DNA from: a virus
Taxonomy: Duplodnaviria; Heunggongvirae; Uroviricota; Caudoviricetes
Strand: one strand, 5' to 3'
Length of the DNA: 26,450 nucleotides
IMG/VR virus record: IMGVR_UViG_3300035188_001315
Positions 13,579 through 22,243 of this stretch are shown here, one piece after another (position 1 is the stretch's first letter; every line of letters begins with the position of its first letter). Below the pieces are notes generated by a model. The model was not told where the DNA came from. It saw only the letters and a list, made by a program, of their open reading frames with translations, and searched no databases. The position numbers and the translations under genes were made by a program.

Positions 13579-13603
13579 GAGTTTTTAAAACTTTTTTCAA
13601 TTA

Positions 13604-13828
13604 CTAAAAATCAATTGAATAATAATCTACTTCATACAAAACACAAAAACCAATTTCTTCCAATTCAACTAAAGCGTCTGTAGAAATATACGGAGCATTA
13701 ATGTAAACTGTAGCCTCGTCATTTTCAATAGTAATTTGCATTTCAGGAATAACATCATCCTGTGAATGTGATGTCAGCACACTAAAAATATAATTCAAAT
13801 TGGTTGCTTGTTTACTAGAAAGTCGCAT
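13604..13828 (-). CDS. small acidic hypothetical protein
   Basis: 74-aa ORF, RBS GGAG, own promoter. Confidence 0.75.
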   Translation of the reverse strand: MRLSSKQATNLNYIFSVLTSHSQDDVIPEMQITIENDEATVYINAPYISTDALVELEEIGFCVLYEVDYYSIDF

Positions 13829-13874
13829 TTTAAAACTCCAGTATATGTAAAGTAAATGTTTTAAATTATAGTTT

Positions 13875-13904
13875 ATTATAACACAGTGAAACTAAACTTG
13901 TCAA
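13875..13904 (-). promoter_or_regulatory. sigma70 promoter
   Basis: TTGACA-18-TATAAT, extended TG. Confidence 0.8.
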
Positions 13905-13920
13905 GAGGTTTTTAATTTTG

Positions 13921-14121
13921 TTACATTTCTGTTTCATATTTAACCAACAACCGATCAGCACGAATGTCAAGCATTTCTATAATATCCCATTCGGTGACCT
14001 GATATTTTTCTGACAATTCCTGCAACTTAAATGGGCTTTTGGTTACAAACGATGGATCCCAAATTGCTTCTTCTGCCCAGCGAATATATGCTTTAGTAGC
14101 AAAACCTTTATTTGAAATCAT
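13921..14121 (-). CDS. hypothetical protein
   Basis: 66-aa ORF, RBS AGAGGA, own promoter. Confidence 0.75.
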   Translation of the reverse strand: MISNKGFATKAYIRWAEEAIWDPSFVTKSPFKLQELSEKYQVTEWDIIEMLDIRADRLLVKYETEM

Positions 14122-14153
14122 TGTAAGTATATCCTCTTTTTTAATGTTAGGTT

Positions 14154-14182
14154 ATTATACCAATTAAATGAGTATGTGTCAA
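14154..14182 (-). promoter_or_regulatory. sigma70 promoter
   Basis: TTGACA-17-TATAAT, extended TG. Confidence 0.85.
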
Positions 14183-14259
14183 GAACTTTTAAAAATATTA
14201 AAAAAAATATTTTTAAAAGTTCTTAGAGAAGAGTGTTTCTTCTCTAAGAAAATAAATAG

Positions 14260-14478
14260 TTACTTAGTTACTTCTACTACTGTGGGTACACTTACTGGTG
14301 TACAATACCATGACAACAGTTTAACTCTTGCACCTGTATTTACTTTGCTTTTATCACCAAAATCATCATTGAACAATTTCGATGCTGCCACGCAACTTGA
14401 CTTATCTGCATATTGATTACTAATGATACCAATATCTCCAGTGCCCGAAATCAAAATAATATTTAAAATAAATCCCAT
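14260..14478 (-). CDS. small exported two-Cys protein
   Basis: Hydrophobic N-terminus, YADKSSCVAA...WYCTP; RBS GAGGA. Confidence 0.75.
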   Translation of the reverse strand: MGFILNIILISGTGDIGIISNQYADKSSCVAASKLFNDDFGDKSKVNTGARVKLLSWYCTPVSVPTVVEVTK

Positions 14479-14504
14479 TTGCTAATCCTCTTCAATATGT
14501 TAAT

Positions 14505-14768
14505 TTAAACTACGGTATCAACAACCAACCAATCAGTGGCATTTAAGTCTTCAATAGAAGGTGCCCAACCTAAAGATACATTGTGACTATTGGAATGACA
14601 TACTACATCATTTATTGACACGTTATCAGTACCCATACCATAATGTTTATAGAAAGTTGGTTTTAACAATTCACCCATTACTAAAAAAATACATTCATCC
14701 TCATTCCAAGAATCTCTTGTTAAAACTGAACCTCTAACTAATTCATGTGCCATTTCAGTTGATTTCAT
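14505..14768 (-). CDS. DUF2829/Tad2-like protein
   Basis: GSVLTRDSWN...IFLV and GWAPSIEDLNATDWLVV match the family termini. Confidence 0.8.
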   Translation of the reverse strand: MKSTEMAHELVRGSVLTRDSWNEDECIFLVMGELLKPTFYKHYGMGTDNVSINDVVCHSNSHNVSLGWAPSIEDLNATDWLVVDTVV

Positions 14769-14802
14769 ATTTATAGTCTCCTATTTAAAAATTAGAAAAT
14801 GG

Positions 14803-15222
14803 TTACTTAACCATTTTTTTCCAGAGTCCAGAAATAAAAATTTTCTGAGCATCTACTAATGTAATTTTACCGGCACACAAATCTCGGTGTGTTCTCGTTT
14901 CAAGGACATCTTTTTTTCTAGCATTTGGCCAGTCTTCCAACCATAAATTATTTAATGAAGTTGGATGGCCACCTACTGCCAATGGTACATAGTGATCCAA
15001 TTCATAAGCAGTAGGGTCAACACCTGTTGGTCTTGCCAATTTATATTTTAAACGGTTTGTATATGAAACAGGAGGTCTAACTTTACTGCTATAACCTGGA
15101 ACACATACTGTAGTAGCTAAATTATTCTGTGTTACCTTAGTGTCGATTGCACCCACTGGGGGTTCATAAGCATAACTAAGTGTACTGACTAACATCGTTG
15201 ATAAAAATAATATAAATTTCAT
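14803..15222 (-). CDS. signal-peptide-bearing HNH-like protein
   Basis: MKFILFLSTMLVSTLSYA signal; YELDHYVPLAVGGHPTSLNNLW; two Cys. Confidence 0.75.
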   Translation of the reverse strand: MKFILFLSTMLVSTLSYAYEPPVGAIDTKVTQNNLATTVCVPGYSSKVRPPVSYTNRLKYKLARPTGVDPTAYELDHYVPLAVGGHPTSLNNLWLEDWPNARKKDVLETRTHRDLCAGKITLVDAQKIFISGLWKKMVK

Positions 15223-15254
15223 TGACTTCTCAAACAGTAGATAAAAAAATTAAT

Positions 15255-15286
15255 TGATAAAACGACTCAATTGAGTCGTTTTATCA
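15255..15286. terminator. perfect 32-bp palindrome, probable terminator
   Basis: TGATAAAACGACTCAA/TTGAGTCGTTTTATCA followed by a U-run on the minus strand. Confidence 0.7.
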
Positions 15287-15370
15287 TACCCAACAAATAC
15301 TTCCAATGTTTTAAATTAGTATCATCTAAAAGTATTCGATCTTACAAAATTACAATCATTTAGCTTGTAG

Positions 15371-15784
15371 TTATGCTGCACATGGTGCAAACATTTCAGA
15401 TTCTTCTACTTCATCATCGCGGTCGTTAATGTGCATGAACTTTTGCATCGTTAACAAATCAATTAATTCTTGGGTAACACGTCGACCTGTAACTTTCGTA
15501 AATTGTTCAAGAATTGCCGGGCCATAATCTTTGGTAAGACCACGATTGTTGATTTTCGCAAATTGTTCAAACATTGCGGGATCAATAGAGTCATCCATAA
15601 CAGGACGCCCGTTAATTTTCGCAAATTGTTCACGCATTGTAGGATCAGCAATAAAATCTTTGGTAAGACCACGATTGTTGATTTTCGCAAATTTTTCAAA
15701 CATTGCAGGATCAATAGAGTCATCAGTAGTTACATATCCAGAATTTTCAACAGTTGACATTAAATAATCTAATGGGTTTTTCAT
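15371..15784 (-). CDS. repeat protein (DPxMxEQFAKINxR, four units)
   Basis: 137 aa; 70-bp direct repeat 15526-15595/15655-15724; RBS GAGGA. Confidence 0.8.
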   Translation of the reverse strand: MKNPLDYLMSTVENSGYVTTDDSIDPAMFEKFAKINNRGLTKDFIADPTMREQFAKINGRPVMDDSIDPAMFEQFAKINNRGLTKDYGPAILEQFTKVTGRRVTQELIDLLTMQKFMHINDRDDEVEESEMFAPCAA

Positions 15785-15826
15785 TTTTAAATCCTCAAAG
15801 TGGGGTTAATTAAAATTAATAAAACT

Positions 15827-16273
15827 TTACAACATACTACTAAACGCACAAGCATTTAATGATTTAAAATACTTGTAAGGGGCATCTTCCTGATAGTTGA
15901 TAAAATCATCCAAATTCGGGGTGTACAATTCTGCTTGAAGAATATGCTCAATGACTACATCCGAAATACGTTCTACCGACCCAACTAAATTAACGGTAGT
16001 TTGTTTTCCTAAATTGCACTCAGCATAATGTTTTGCTAAATCCTGCTTGGTTTGCTCGGATTGATTTGGTAGGAACTTTTGAATAAAAAGATTTGCACCT
16101 GAGGTGTTATTCAAATTGCGATGTTGGTGAAAACTATAGTAAATAACTCCAGCTGCCCGCAATAACTCACCTTCTAATGTTAGGCATTGTCCATCATTTG
16201 AAATTAATTTATCAGCCAATTCAATTGATTCCTGTTGATATTTACCATTACCAAACCAATACAATTTTAACAT
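15827..16273 (-). CDS. conserved-type hypothetical protein (YWxGxGKYQ...GELLRA...IYY)
   Basis: 148-aa ORF, RBS GGAGG. Confidence 0.8.
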   Translation of the reverse strand: MLKLYWFGNGKYQQESIELADKLISNDGQCLTLEGELLRAAGVIYYSFHQHRNLNNTSGANLFIQKFLPNQSEQTKQDLAKHYAECNLGKQTTVNLVGSVERISDVVIEHILQAELYTPNLDDFINYQEDAPYKYFKSLNACAFSSML

Positions 16274-16313
16274 TTTACCTCCGGTTAAACTTTAAAATTA
16301 TTCACTTTATTAT

Positions 16314-16342
16314 ATTATACTAAAATTTTAGATTGTTTTCAA
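16314..16342 (-). promoter_or_regulatory. sigma70 promoter
   Basis: TTGAAA-17-TATAAT. Confidence 0.7.
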
Positions 16343-16521
16343 TTATCTAAAAAATATTCCCAGGCTTCAAATATTTCTGGTAACGCATTTTCTTCAAAAA
16401 ATTCATCACCTTGTAACACAACAAATTTTTCAACATCACGGTAAAGTTTGCTATCAGCAATAATTGATAAATTGGAATACAGTACATCGTTTACAAATTT
16501 TGTTTTGTTTGTGGTTTCCAT
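16339..16521 (-). CDS. small protein, paralog of 16886-17077
   Basis: Shares MExxNKTxFV...FVxxQGDEFF...LPxI..xW. Confidence 0.8.
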   Translation of the reverse strand: METTNKTKFVNDVLYSNLSIIADSKLYRDVEKFVVLQGDEFFEENALPEIFEAWEYFLDN

Positions 16522-16528
16522 ATTACAC

Positions 16529-16699
16529 CTATTTAATTAGTTTAGTATCAGTTTCTTTCACTTCATCAAAAACCCAATTATAGGTAACTTCCTGCAAACC
16601 TTCTTCTAACTGAAAATTGATCGAATCGGGAATCCATGTATTGGGGTGTGATGATTCGTCACACAATTCAACAGTAAAACTAACTTTATATGTTTTCAC
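16529..16699 (-). CDS. 56-aa acidic protein, GTG start (not in ORF track)
   Basis: VKTYKVSFTVELCDESSHPNTWIPDSINFQLEEG...; RBS GGAG. Confidence 0.7.
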   Translation of the reverse strand: MKTYKVSFTVELCDESSHPNTWIPDSINFQLEEGLQEVTYNWVFDEVKETDTKLIK

Positions 16700-16837
16700 T
16701 TAGTGTTCTCCAAAATTAATGTCCCAGACACGATTTGATAAATCCATAACACTATTTTCAGTTATACCCAAACATACCGTATCAACCAAAACGCATCTCC
16801 CCAGTTAATTCAAACATCCAAATTTTCACTATGAGAT

Positions 16838-16866
16838 ATTATAGCATATCTGGTTTTAGTTGTCAA
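16838..16866 (-). promoter_or_regulatory. sigma70 promoter
   Basis: TTGACA-17-TATAAT, extended TG. Confidence 0.88.
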
Positions 16867-16885
16867 GAGTTTTCAAAACATTTTT

Positions 16886-17077
16886 TTAGTTGTTTTGAAA
16901 CTTGTGCCATACATCAATAATCACTGGAAGATCGGTAAGCATAAAAAATTCATCACCTTGCACTTTAACAAACCGATTGATATCCTGATTAAAAATATCA
17001 AACCCAACACTATTTCTATCAAGGGAATGAGTATCCATCACGGTTGATACGAATATCGTTTTATTTAAAATTTCCAT
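16886..17077 (-). CDS. small protein, paralog of 16339-16521
   Basis: See paralog. Confidence 0.8.
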   Translation of the reverse strand: MEILNKTIFVSTVMDTHSLDRNSVGFDIFNQDINRFVKVQGDEFFMLTDLPVIIDVWHKFQNN

Positions 17078-17094
17078 AAAATAATACCTATAAT

Positions 17095-17442
17095 CTAATA
17101 ATTAATAACGGGTATATCACGTGTTCTGTGATATGCTGCCTGTAACAATCTACTATTCAAATCATCAAAACAAACAAATTCAGTAACTAAAAAATTTCTA
17201 GGAGTCAACCAGACATCGATTTCAGGAAGAGCAGTATCAGCCACATAAATTCCCGAACGATATATAATTGAAACAATATCAACATACCCTCGATAATTCT
17301 CGGTTTCAACATACACTTTAAGTTTAAATGGTGACTTTGCTAGTTTATATTCAATTATATGATGTTCAGTAATTTTAATTAACACATTAAACGTCACTAA
17401 TGCATCAATGATCTCAGTAATTGCCTTCATGTAAAACCCCAC
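17095..17442 (-). CDS. hypothetical protein
   Basis: 115-aa ORF. Confidence 0.7.
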   Translation of the reverse strand: MGFYMKAITEIIDALVTFNVLIKITEHHIIEYKLAKSPFKLKVYVETENYRGYVDIVSIIYRSGIYVADTALPEIDVWLTPRNFLVTEFVCFDDLNSRLLQAAYHRTRDIPVINY

Positions 17443-17501
17443 AGATAGTTGATAGAGTGGTAGGTAACATCAGTAATTTGTTACATACCAACTCCTGAAG
17501 A

Positions 17502-18251
17502 TTATTTTTCTTCTTCTACTATATAACCACGAACGGAAAACATACAATCGTTTGATTCGAGCAACTCACTCAGATATTCATCCGTTTGTTGAAAATCGAA
17601 GTTTACTTCTAATTCATTTAATATCAGTTCATCAACTAAAACAATTGCCTCAAATAAAACATCTCTGAATTGCGTGATGATCGAGTCGTCATCCTCATCG
17701 GAACATCCACGAACTAAAGAAATATCATCACAGGTGTAAGAGTTGGGCAACGTTTTCAATTTAAGAATAATTTTTTGTAATTCGGGATCAGGATAATTCT
17801 CTAATAAATCGTCAACATTTTTAGGTCGTTTAAATTTTCCACCAATTATAGCATAAATGTAGGTTGAGTAATCAAGGGAATATTCAATAACGGTGTCATA
17901 AAATCCTAAATCCGAACATAAATCAATTAATGAATCCAATACAAAATCATCCGTAAAATACCAATGTTTTCGAAAGTCATCTAAAGCTCTGCGTTTTGCT
18001 GATTCTGCCAACTCACTAAATTTATACAGTTGAACAACCTTCGCCGAGGTTTTAGATGTAACAATATTATCAGATTCTACACCCAATACACTCAACTGTA
18101 ATGTATCAGTTAAATAATCGATAGCAGTTTGCATATAATCGTTTATCAAGGGATAATAAGGAATAGTATGCTCACCAATTTTTATAAACTGTTTTCCTTG
18201 GTCGGATTCCAAAGAAACCTTATAAATGTTTAAATCTAACATAATTATCAT
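17502..18251 (-). CDS. acidic hypothetical protein with a LYxFxELxxxAKxRA...D+xLxExLExNDxxF domain
   Basis: 249-aa ORF; motif recognised by eye as a widespread phage/MGE family. Confidence 0.8.
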   Translation of the reverse strand: MIIMLDLNIYKVSLESDQGKQFIKIGEHTIPYYPLINDYMQTAIDYLTDTLQLSVLGVESDNIVTSKTSAKVVQLYKFSELAESAKRRALDDFRKHWYFTDDFVLDSLIDLCSDLGFYDTVIEYSLDYSTYIYAIIGGKFKRPKNVDDLLENYPDPELQKIILKLKTLPNSYTCDDISLVRGCSDEDDDSIITQFRDVLFEAIVLVDELILNELEVNFDFQQTDEYLSELLESNDCMFSVRGYIVEEEK

Positions 18252-18283
18252 CTCGACTAAATTTCAAAACAATGGTTAACTTC

Positions 18284-18314
18284 ATACTACAGTGTAGTTT
18301 AACGTTCGTGTCAA
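18284..18314 (-). promoter_or_regulatory. possible sigma70 promoter
   Basis: TTGACA with TAGTAT at 19-bp spacing. Confidence 0.45.
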
Positions 18315-18320
18315 GTGAAT

Positions 18321-18932
18321 CTAAAGCAGTTGACGAGTAGTTTCCATGATAGTAAAATCATATTTAAATTTTGTCGCTTCATTTATCATAAAGGCAATGT
18401 TGTGTGCATTTGATGTACTACATATCGCTTCATCGAGAACACTTTTTTCATCAGAAAAATAACTCACACAATAGATAATACTGCCTGACTTATCGATCAT
18501 ACATGAAACCAAAAATTGCAAATACACGTTACCACCAATTAATCGTTTATACCATCTATTTTTACTTGAACCAATAACAACAATATTTGTAAATAAAGTT
18601 GAGTCTGGATTAGCAACGTTAAACGAACAATTGAATGATTTTACTTCCACATGAGTGTTTAACGCGTTCTCAAGATAAGAATTCCTTGTGGTTTTTTCTC
18701 TATCAACCTCATGGTTAATGTATTCGATCAATTCATCAGCATCATGAAAATACAAATAATTAGTGTCAAAGCAATCCAACGAATCACCAACAATGGCAAA
18801 GCCAAACTCTTTTAAGGGTTGAATAGTTTTAACACTATTCGACCAAAAAATACTGATTTCTATAGAAGCATCATGTAATTCAAATTGACATAATTTACAT
18901 TCATCTAACAATCTAGCATACAATTCATTCAT
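18321..18932 (-). CDS. hypothetical protein
   Basis: 203-aa ORF. Confidence 0.8.
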   Translation of the reverse strand: MNELYARLLDECKLCQFELHDASIEISIFWSNSVKTIQPLKEFGFAIVGDSLDCFDTNYLYFHDADELIEYINHEVDREKTTRNSYLENALNTHVEVKSFNCSFNVANPDSTLFTNIVVIGSSKNRWYKRLIGGNVYLQFLVSCMIDKSGSIIYCVSYFSDEKSVLDEAICSTSNAHNIAFMINEATKFKYDFTIMETTRQLL

Positions 18933-19000
18933 ACTAATTCACTCGCATATAATAGAAAAATGTGGGAACATATCCCCCATAAAAAAGCTCGTTTAAAATA

Positions 19001-21097
19001 TTATACTAAACTTGATTCCATTTGTTTAATATACTGTGCGATAATTTCACGATCATAATAATATCCTAACAAGCCAATCATTGGATACATGGATTCAATT
19101 TCATTCGAAACTTGACTAAAATCTACAATTCGACTAAACAAATTGTATTTGCGAATAAATCTACATACATTACCATTATACTTATTATCAATCCCAGCCA
19201 AAATACTCACAACAACATTTTTGAGTGGACTCGAATCAGTGAGTAAAGGTAACACAGTTTCACATAAATTAATGTTGTTCGCAAACTTGGTAATAACAGC
19301 ACCATCAGAAAAAACATTTCGAACTATATCATATTTACCACTTGTAATCTCAGTGGCAATATGATCAAACAAATTTACAAGGTTGTGCGTTCCTTTTCTG
19401 TTTGCTGGACGAAGACCATAAATTGAGTCTGATGATGCAATAAAACCTAATTCAACACAGGCAGAAACCAACCCTTTAAAATCCGACTCAGTAGTATTAT
19501 CTGGGGTTTTAACATCGTATCGTTCCAAATCAACATAATACCCAGTTAAACTGCTAATGGAAGGTACAACCATAGAAACCCACCGAGATGATTTTTTATA
19601 ATCATAGTTATTAGGTGTAAATTTATCAACACTTACTACATTTTTCGATTTAGTAGATGCAGTGCGTTTAACTTTTGGCAAATCAGAAGCCACAACGACA
19701 TCAGATACCTTTAGACCCAACAATCTAGCTAATTTACTTGTGGGTAAATCGGTTTTAATAACAGTTAATCTAACACCACTTTTATGATTTTGTGCAGCAT
19801 ATTGCTTTGCTCTTGCATCTACCGAGGTATCAGTAGTTTTAACGTGTAACCAAATTGTAGTTTTCAAATCAGTTACCTGGACGTGCCACACTCTTTCATC
19901 ACCGTGTGGATCGACTAGATACGCATAGTAATTATTTTTCTTAAATACACAGCCATAGGCCGTTCTACTAAAACAGGAAATACCGATAATTTTATCCTGT
20001 TTGATTTCAATTGTAGAATTTGAAATGTCTTTTCCTCGCCATGTACCACCACCATTATTTTTAATTGCATCCAATAATGCGTTATGGTGTGCGTATGGAC
20101 GACTTAACGCAGTCATAATATCCATAAACAATAATCTGGCTTCGTATTCCGAATCTGCTTTTTCAATCGCGACATTAATCATTTGTGGTAATGTTGCAAC
20201 AATTTTTTCTGCTGCTTTTATGATATTTGCACATGTTCGACTATCATAGGTTAACGATTCTCTCGATGGTGCAATATTCACTTCACCAATAGCAACCTCA
20301 ATCAATACAGCCTTTTCTAAAATAGCTTTCACTTCATCGGACGCATCAGTATAAGCAGTCCCCATATCACGCAAGGCAATAGGATACTGAATTTGACCCT
20401 GTAGAATTCTTGGGTGACCATTACCACGAATCAACTTCCAGTTTTCCCCCTCATACAAATATTCTTCATCAGGATGCCATGCAAAGTCAGACGAACCACG
20501 AATGATAGGTTTCACTTTAAAATATTTTAACTGACTATTAACTTCACTTTTAAAAGTATAAAAATCACGTTCTTTAATCGCCACTTCAATTTCTAATCCA
20601 TTTTCATCATCACATGGAAAATGAGCAAACTTAGCAATACTTGGAATGCGAGCATCACTTAAAAAAGCTGAATAAATGGTTTTGACACCATTATAATACG
20701 ATGTAATCGTGAAATTATCTGAGACTGCAAATGGACTTTTAGAACCCAATCCTAAACAACCGATCACATCATTCGATTCAGTTTTAGTCGATTCAAAAAA
20801 AGTAGTGTAAATTGATGAAATCTCTTTTTCAGACAAACCGGGTCCAAAATCTCGAATTTTGAAAGAAGGTTCGAGTGAATTAGGAATAGTAATTTCAAAA
20901 GGTCTTGTAGGTGTTCCTACCATTACATGTGCATCATACGCATTAGTAGACAATTCCCTAATTACTGCACCGATTCTATTAGAATAGAGGGATGATGACA
21001 AAATTGTGAAGGCCTGTGCGGACGCCTTAATTGTAAAAGTTTCAATAGATTCTGCACCACCTACCAACACATCATCACGGTCTTCAAAAATTTTCAT
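19001..21097 (-). CDS. rIIA: RIIA lysis-inhibition/membrane-integrity protein (GHKL/Hsp90-like N-terminus)
   Basis: FTIKASAQAFTILSSSLYSNRIGAVIRELSTNAYDAH, IRDFGPGLS and STKTESNDVIGCLGLGSKSPF closely follow T4 RIIA. Confidence 0.92.
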   Translation of the reverse strand: MKIFEDRDDVLVGGAESIETFTIKASAQAFTILSSSLYSNRIGAVIRELSTNAYDAHVMVGTPTRPFEITIPNSLEPSFKIRDFGPGLSEKEISSIYTTFFESTKTESNDVIGCLGLGSKSPFAVSDNFTITSYYNGVKTIYSAFLSDARIPSIAKFAHFPCDDENGLEIEVAIKERDFYTFKSEVNSQLKYFKVKPIIRGSSDFAWHPDEEYLYEGENWKLIRGNGHPRILQGQIQYPIALRDMGTAYTDASDEVKAILEKAVLIEVAIGEVNIAPSRESLTYDSRTCANIIKAAEKIVATLPQMINVAIEKADSEYEARLLFMDIMTALSRPYAHHNALLDAIKNNGGGTWRGKDISNSTIEIKQDKIIGISCFSRTAYGCVFKKNNYYAYLVDPHGDERVWHVQVTDLKTTIWLHVKTTDTSVDARAKQYAAQNHKSGVRLTVIKTDLPTSKLARLLGLKVSDVVVASDLPKVKRTASTKSKNVVSVDKFTPNNYDYKKSSRWVSMVVPSISSLTGYYVDLERYDVKTPDNTTESDFKGLVSACVELGFIASSDSIYGLRPANRKGTHNLVNLFDHIATEITSGKYDIVRNVFSDGAVITKFANNINLCETVLPLLTDSSPLKNVVVSILAGIDNKYNGNVCRFIRKYNLFSRIVDFSQVSNEIESMYPMIGLLGYYYDREIIAQYIKQMESSLV

Positions 21098-21135
21098 AAT
21101 TCTACCTTTGGTTTGTTAATTTTTCAGTATGTATT

Positions 21136-21164
21136 ATTATAGCATACCCAAACAATAATGTCAA
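21136..21164 (-). promoter_or_regulatory. sigma70 promoter of rIIA
   Basis: TTGACA-17-TATAAT, extended TG. Confidence 0.88.
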
Positions 21165-21183
21165 GAGTTTTTTAAATTAAATT

Positions 21184-21211
21184 AGGTGGAAGGAAATATT
21201 TCCTTCCACCT
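21184..21211. terminator. perfect 28-bp palindrome, probable terminator
   Basis: AGGTGGAAGGAAAT/ATTTCCTTCCACCT right after the stop at 21220. Confidence 0.7.
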
Positions 21212-21219
21212 CAAATAAG

Positions 21220-21900
21220 TTACACTGCAAACCCTGTGGCTCTTGCCAACGCTTTAGTTTTATTAGTGCCTTTTAATTTCAAACCAACAACACTACCTTG
21301 CGAATCTTCAAACCGGCGATCATGCTTATCACCATCAATAACATTTACATTATAATATTTCAATGGAATTTCACGTTTATCGTCAAACACTACAGCAACA
21401 TTAACGCCTTTCAATAACATTTTTTGAACGGTGGTATCTTTTGTTTTTTCAGTTCTTGAAAAGGTCATATGAACATTTTCAATGTTCGCAGTTTTCTTAA
21501 CCATATCAGGACGTTTAGTATATTCATAAAACTGAATATCGGGATATTTCTTATAAACGTCGATCCAATCTAGATCACTGGTACCATTCAATCTTAACGC
21601 CAATCGTTTACCTTGCTTCTTGGCTAAAATAACCATATTATCAATTTCACGATAAAAGTTTTTCATGAATAATTCATTTTCAAACAAATACATTTTAGTG
21701 CGATTAATGCGGGCATTAGTTTGTGTCGACATAACCATCATACCACTGTTAGTCAAACAGGAAGCTCTGCAACTTTCGGTAGATGCTTTGCAGATTGTTT
21801 TGTAATCAACAGAAGGTTCTAAATAAAGAATTGAATTTAACCAGTGCTCATTTTGTGATTTTTCTAATTTAGCAGAAGATTTAGTAAATAACTTTTTCAT
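21220..21900 (-). CDS. gene-product-88-like (radical-SAM-like) protein
   Basis: Cx6Cx3C (CKASTESCRASC), LRLNGTSDL, FYEYTK, HMTFS, NVAVVF, VIDGDKHDRRF, VVGLKLKG. Confidence 0.8.
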   Translation of the reverse strand: MKKLFTKSSAKLEKSQNEHWLNSILYLEPSVDYKTICKASTESCRASCLTNSGMMVMSTQTNARINRTKMYLFENELFMKNFYREIDNMVILAKKQGKRLALRLNGTSDLDWIDVYKKYPDIQFYEYTKRPDMVKKTANIENVHMTFSRTEKTKDTTVQKMLLKGVNVAVVFDDKREIPLKYYNVNVIDGDKHDRRFEDSQGSVVGLKLKGTNKTKALARATGFAV

Positions 21901-21953
21901 ATCATTTCACCTTTTGAATTAGATTTAAGATTGATTTCCTAAACTATGGGTAT

Positions 21954-21982
21954 ATTATATCAACTCTTGAGATATTTGTCAA
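21954..21982 (-). promoter_or_regulatory. sigma70 promoter
   Basis: TTGACA-17-TATAAT, extended TG. Confidence 0.88.
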
Positions 21983-21999
21983 GAGTTTTTCAAAAAGAA

Positions 22000-22221
22000 T
22001 TAAAAATATTTTTTACCTGTTTTCAAATATTCTACCACGGTATCCACATCGGGAAACAATTCCTCAAATCCGGTTGCACAATCAACAAGATGAAAACCGC
22101 CACCTGGTGCAGCAGTAATTTTTCGAGTTTTTTCTACCAATGTCACGTTATTTGCGTTTACCTCTACTAAAATTGAACCTAGTCCGATTGCACTTAGCAT
22201 TTTATCATATAACTCGTTCAT
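22000..22221 (-). CDS. hypothetical protein
   Basis: 73-aa ORF, RBS AAGGT. Confidence 0.75.
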   Translation of the reverse strand: MNELYDKMLSAIGLGSILVEVNANNVTLVEKTRKITAAPGGGFHLVDCATGFEELFPDVDTVVEYLKTGKKYF

Positions 22222-22243
22222 TTTATTACCTTTGTTTATTTTT

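Noticed and set aside
14768-14775. Minus-strand TATAAATA as a late promoter
   Set aside because: It overlaps the start codon and RBS spacer of the Tad2-like gene, so it is likely coincidental.
16700-16817. 38-aa gene with a frameshift in a G4 run
   Set aside because: Requires removing one base; there is no homology support, and it cannot be distinguished from non-coding leader.
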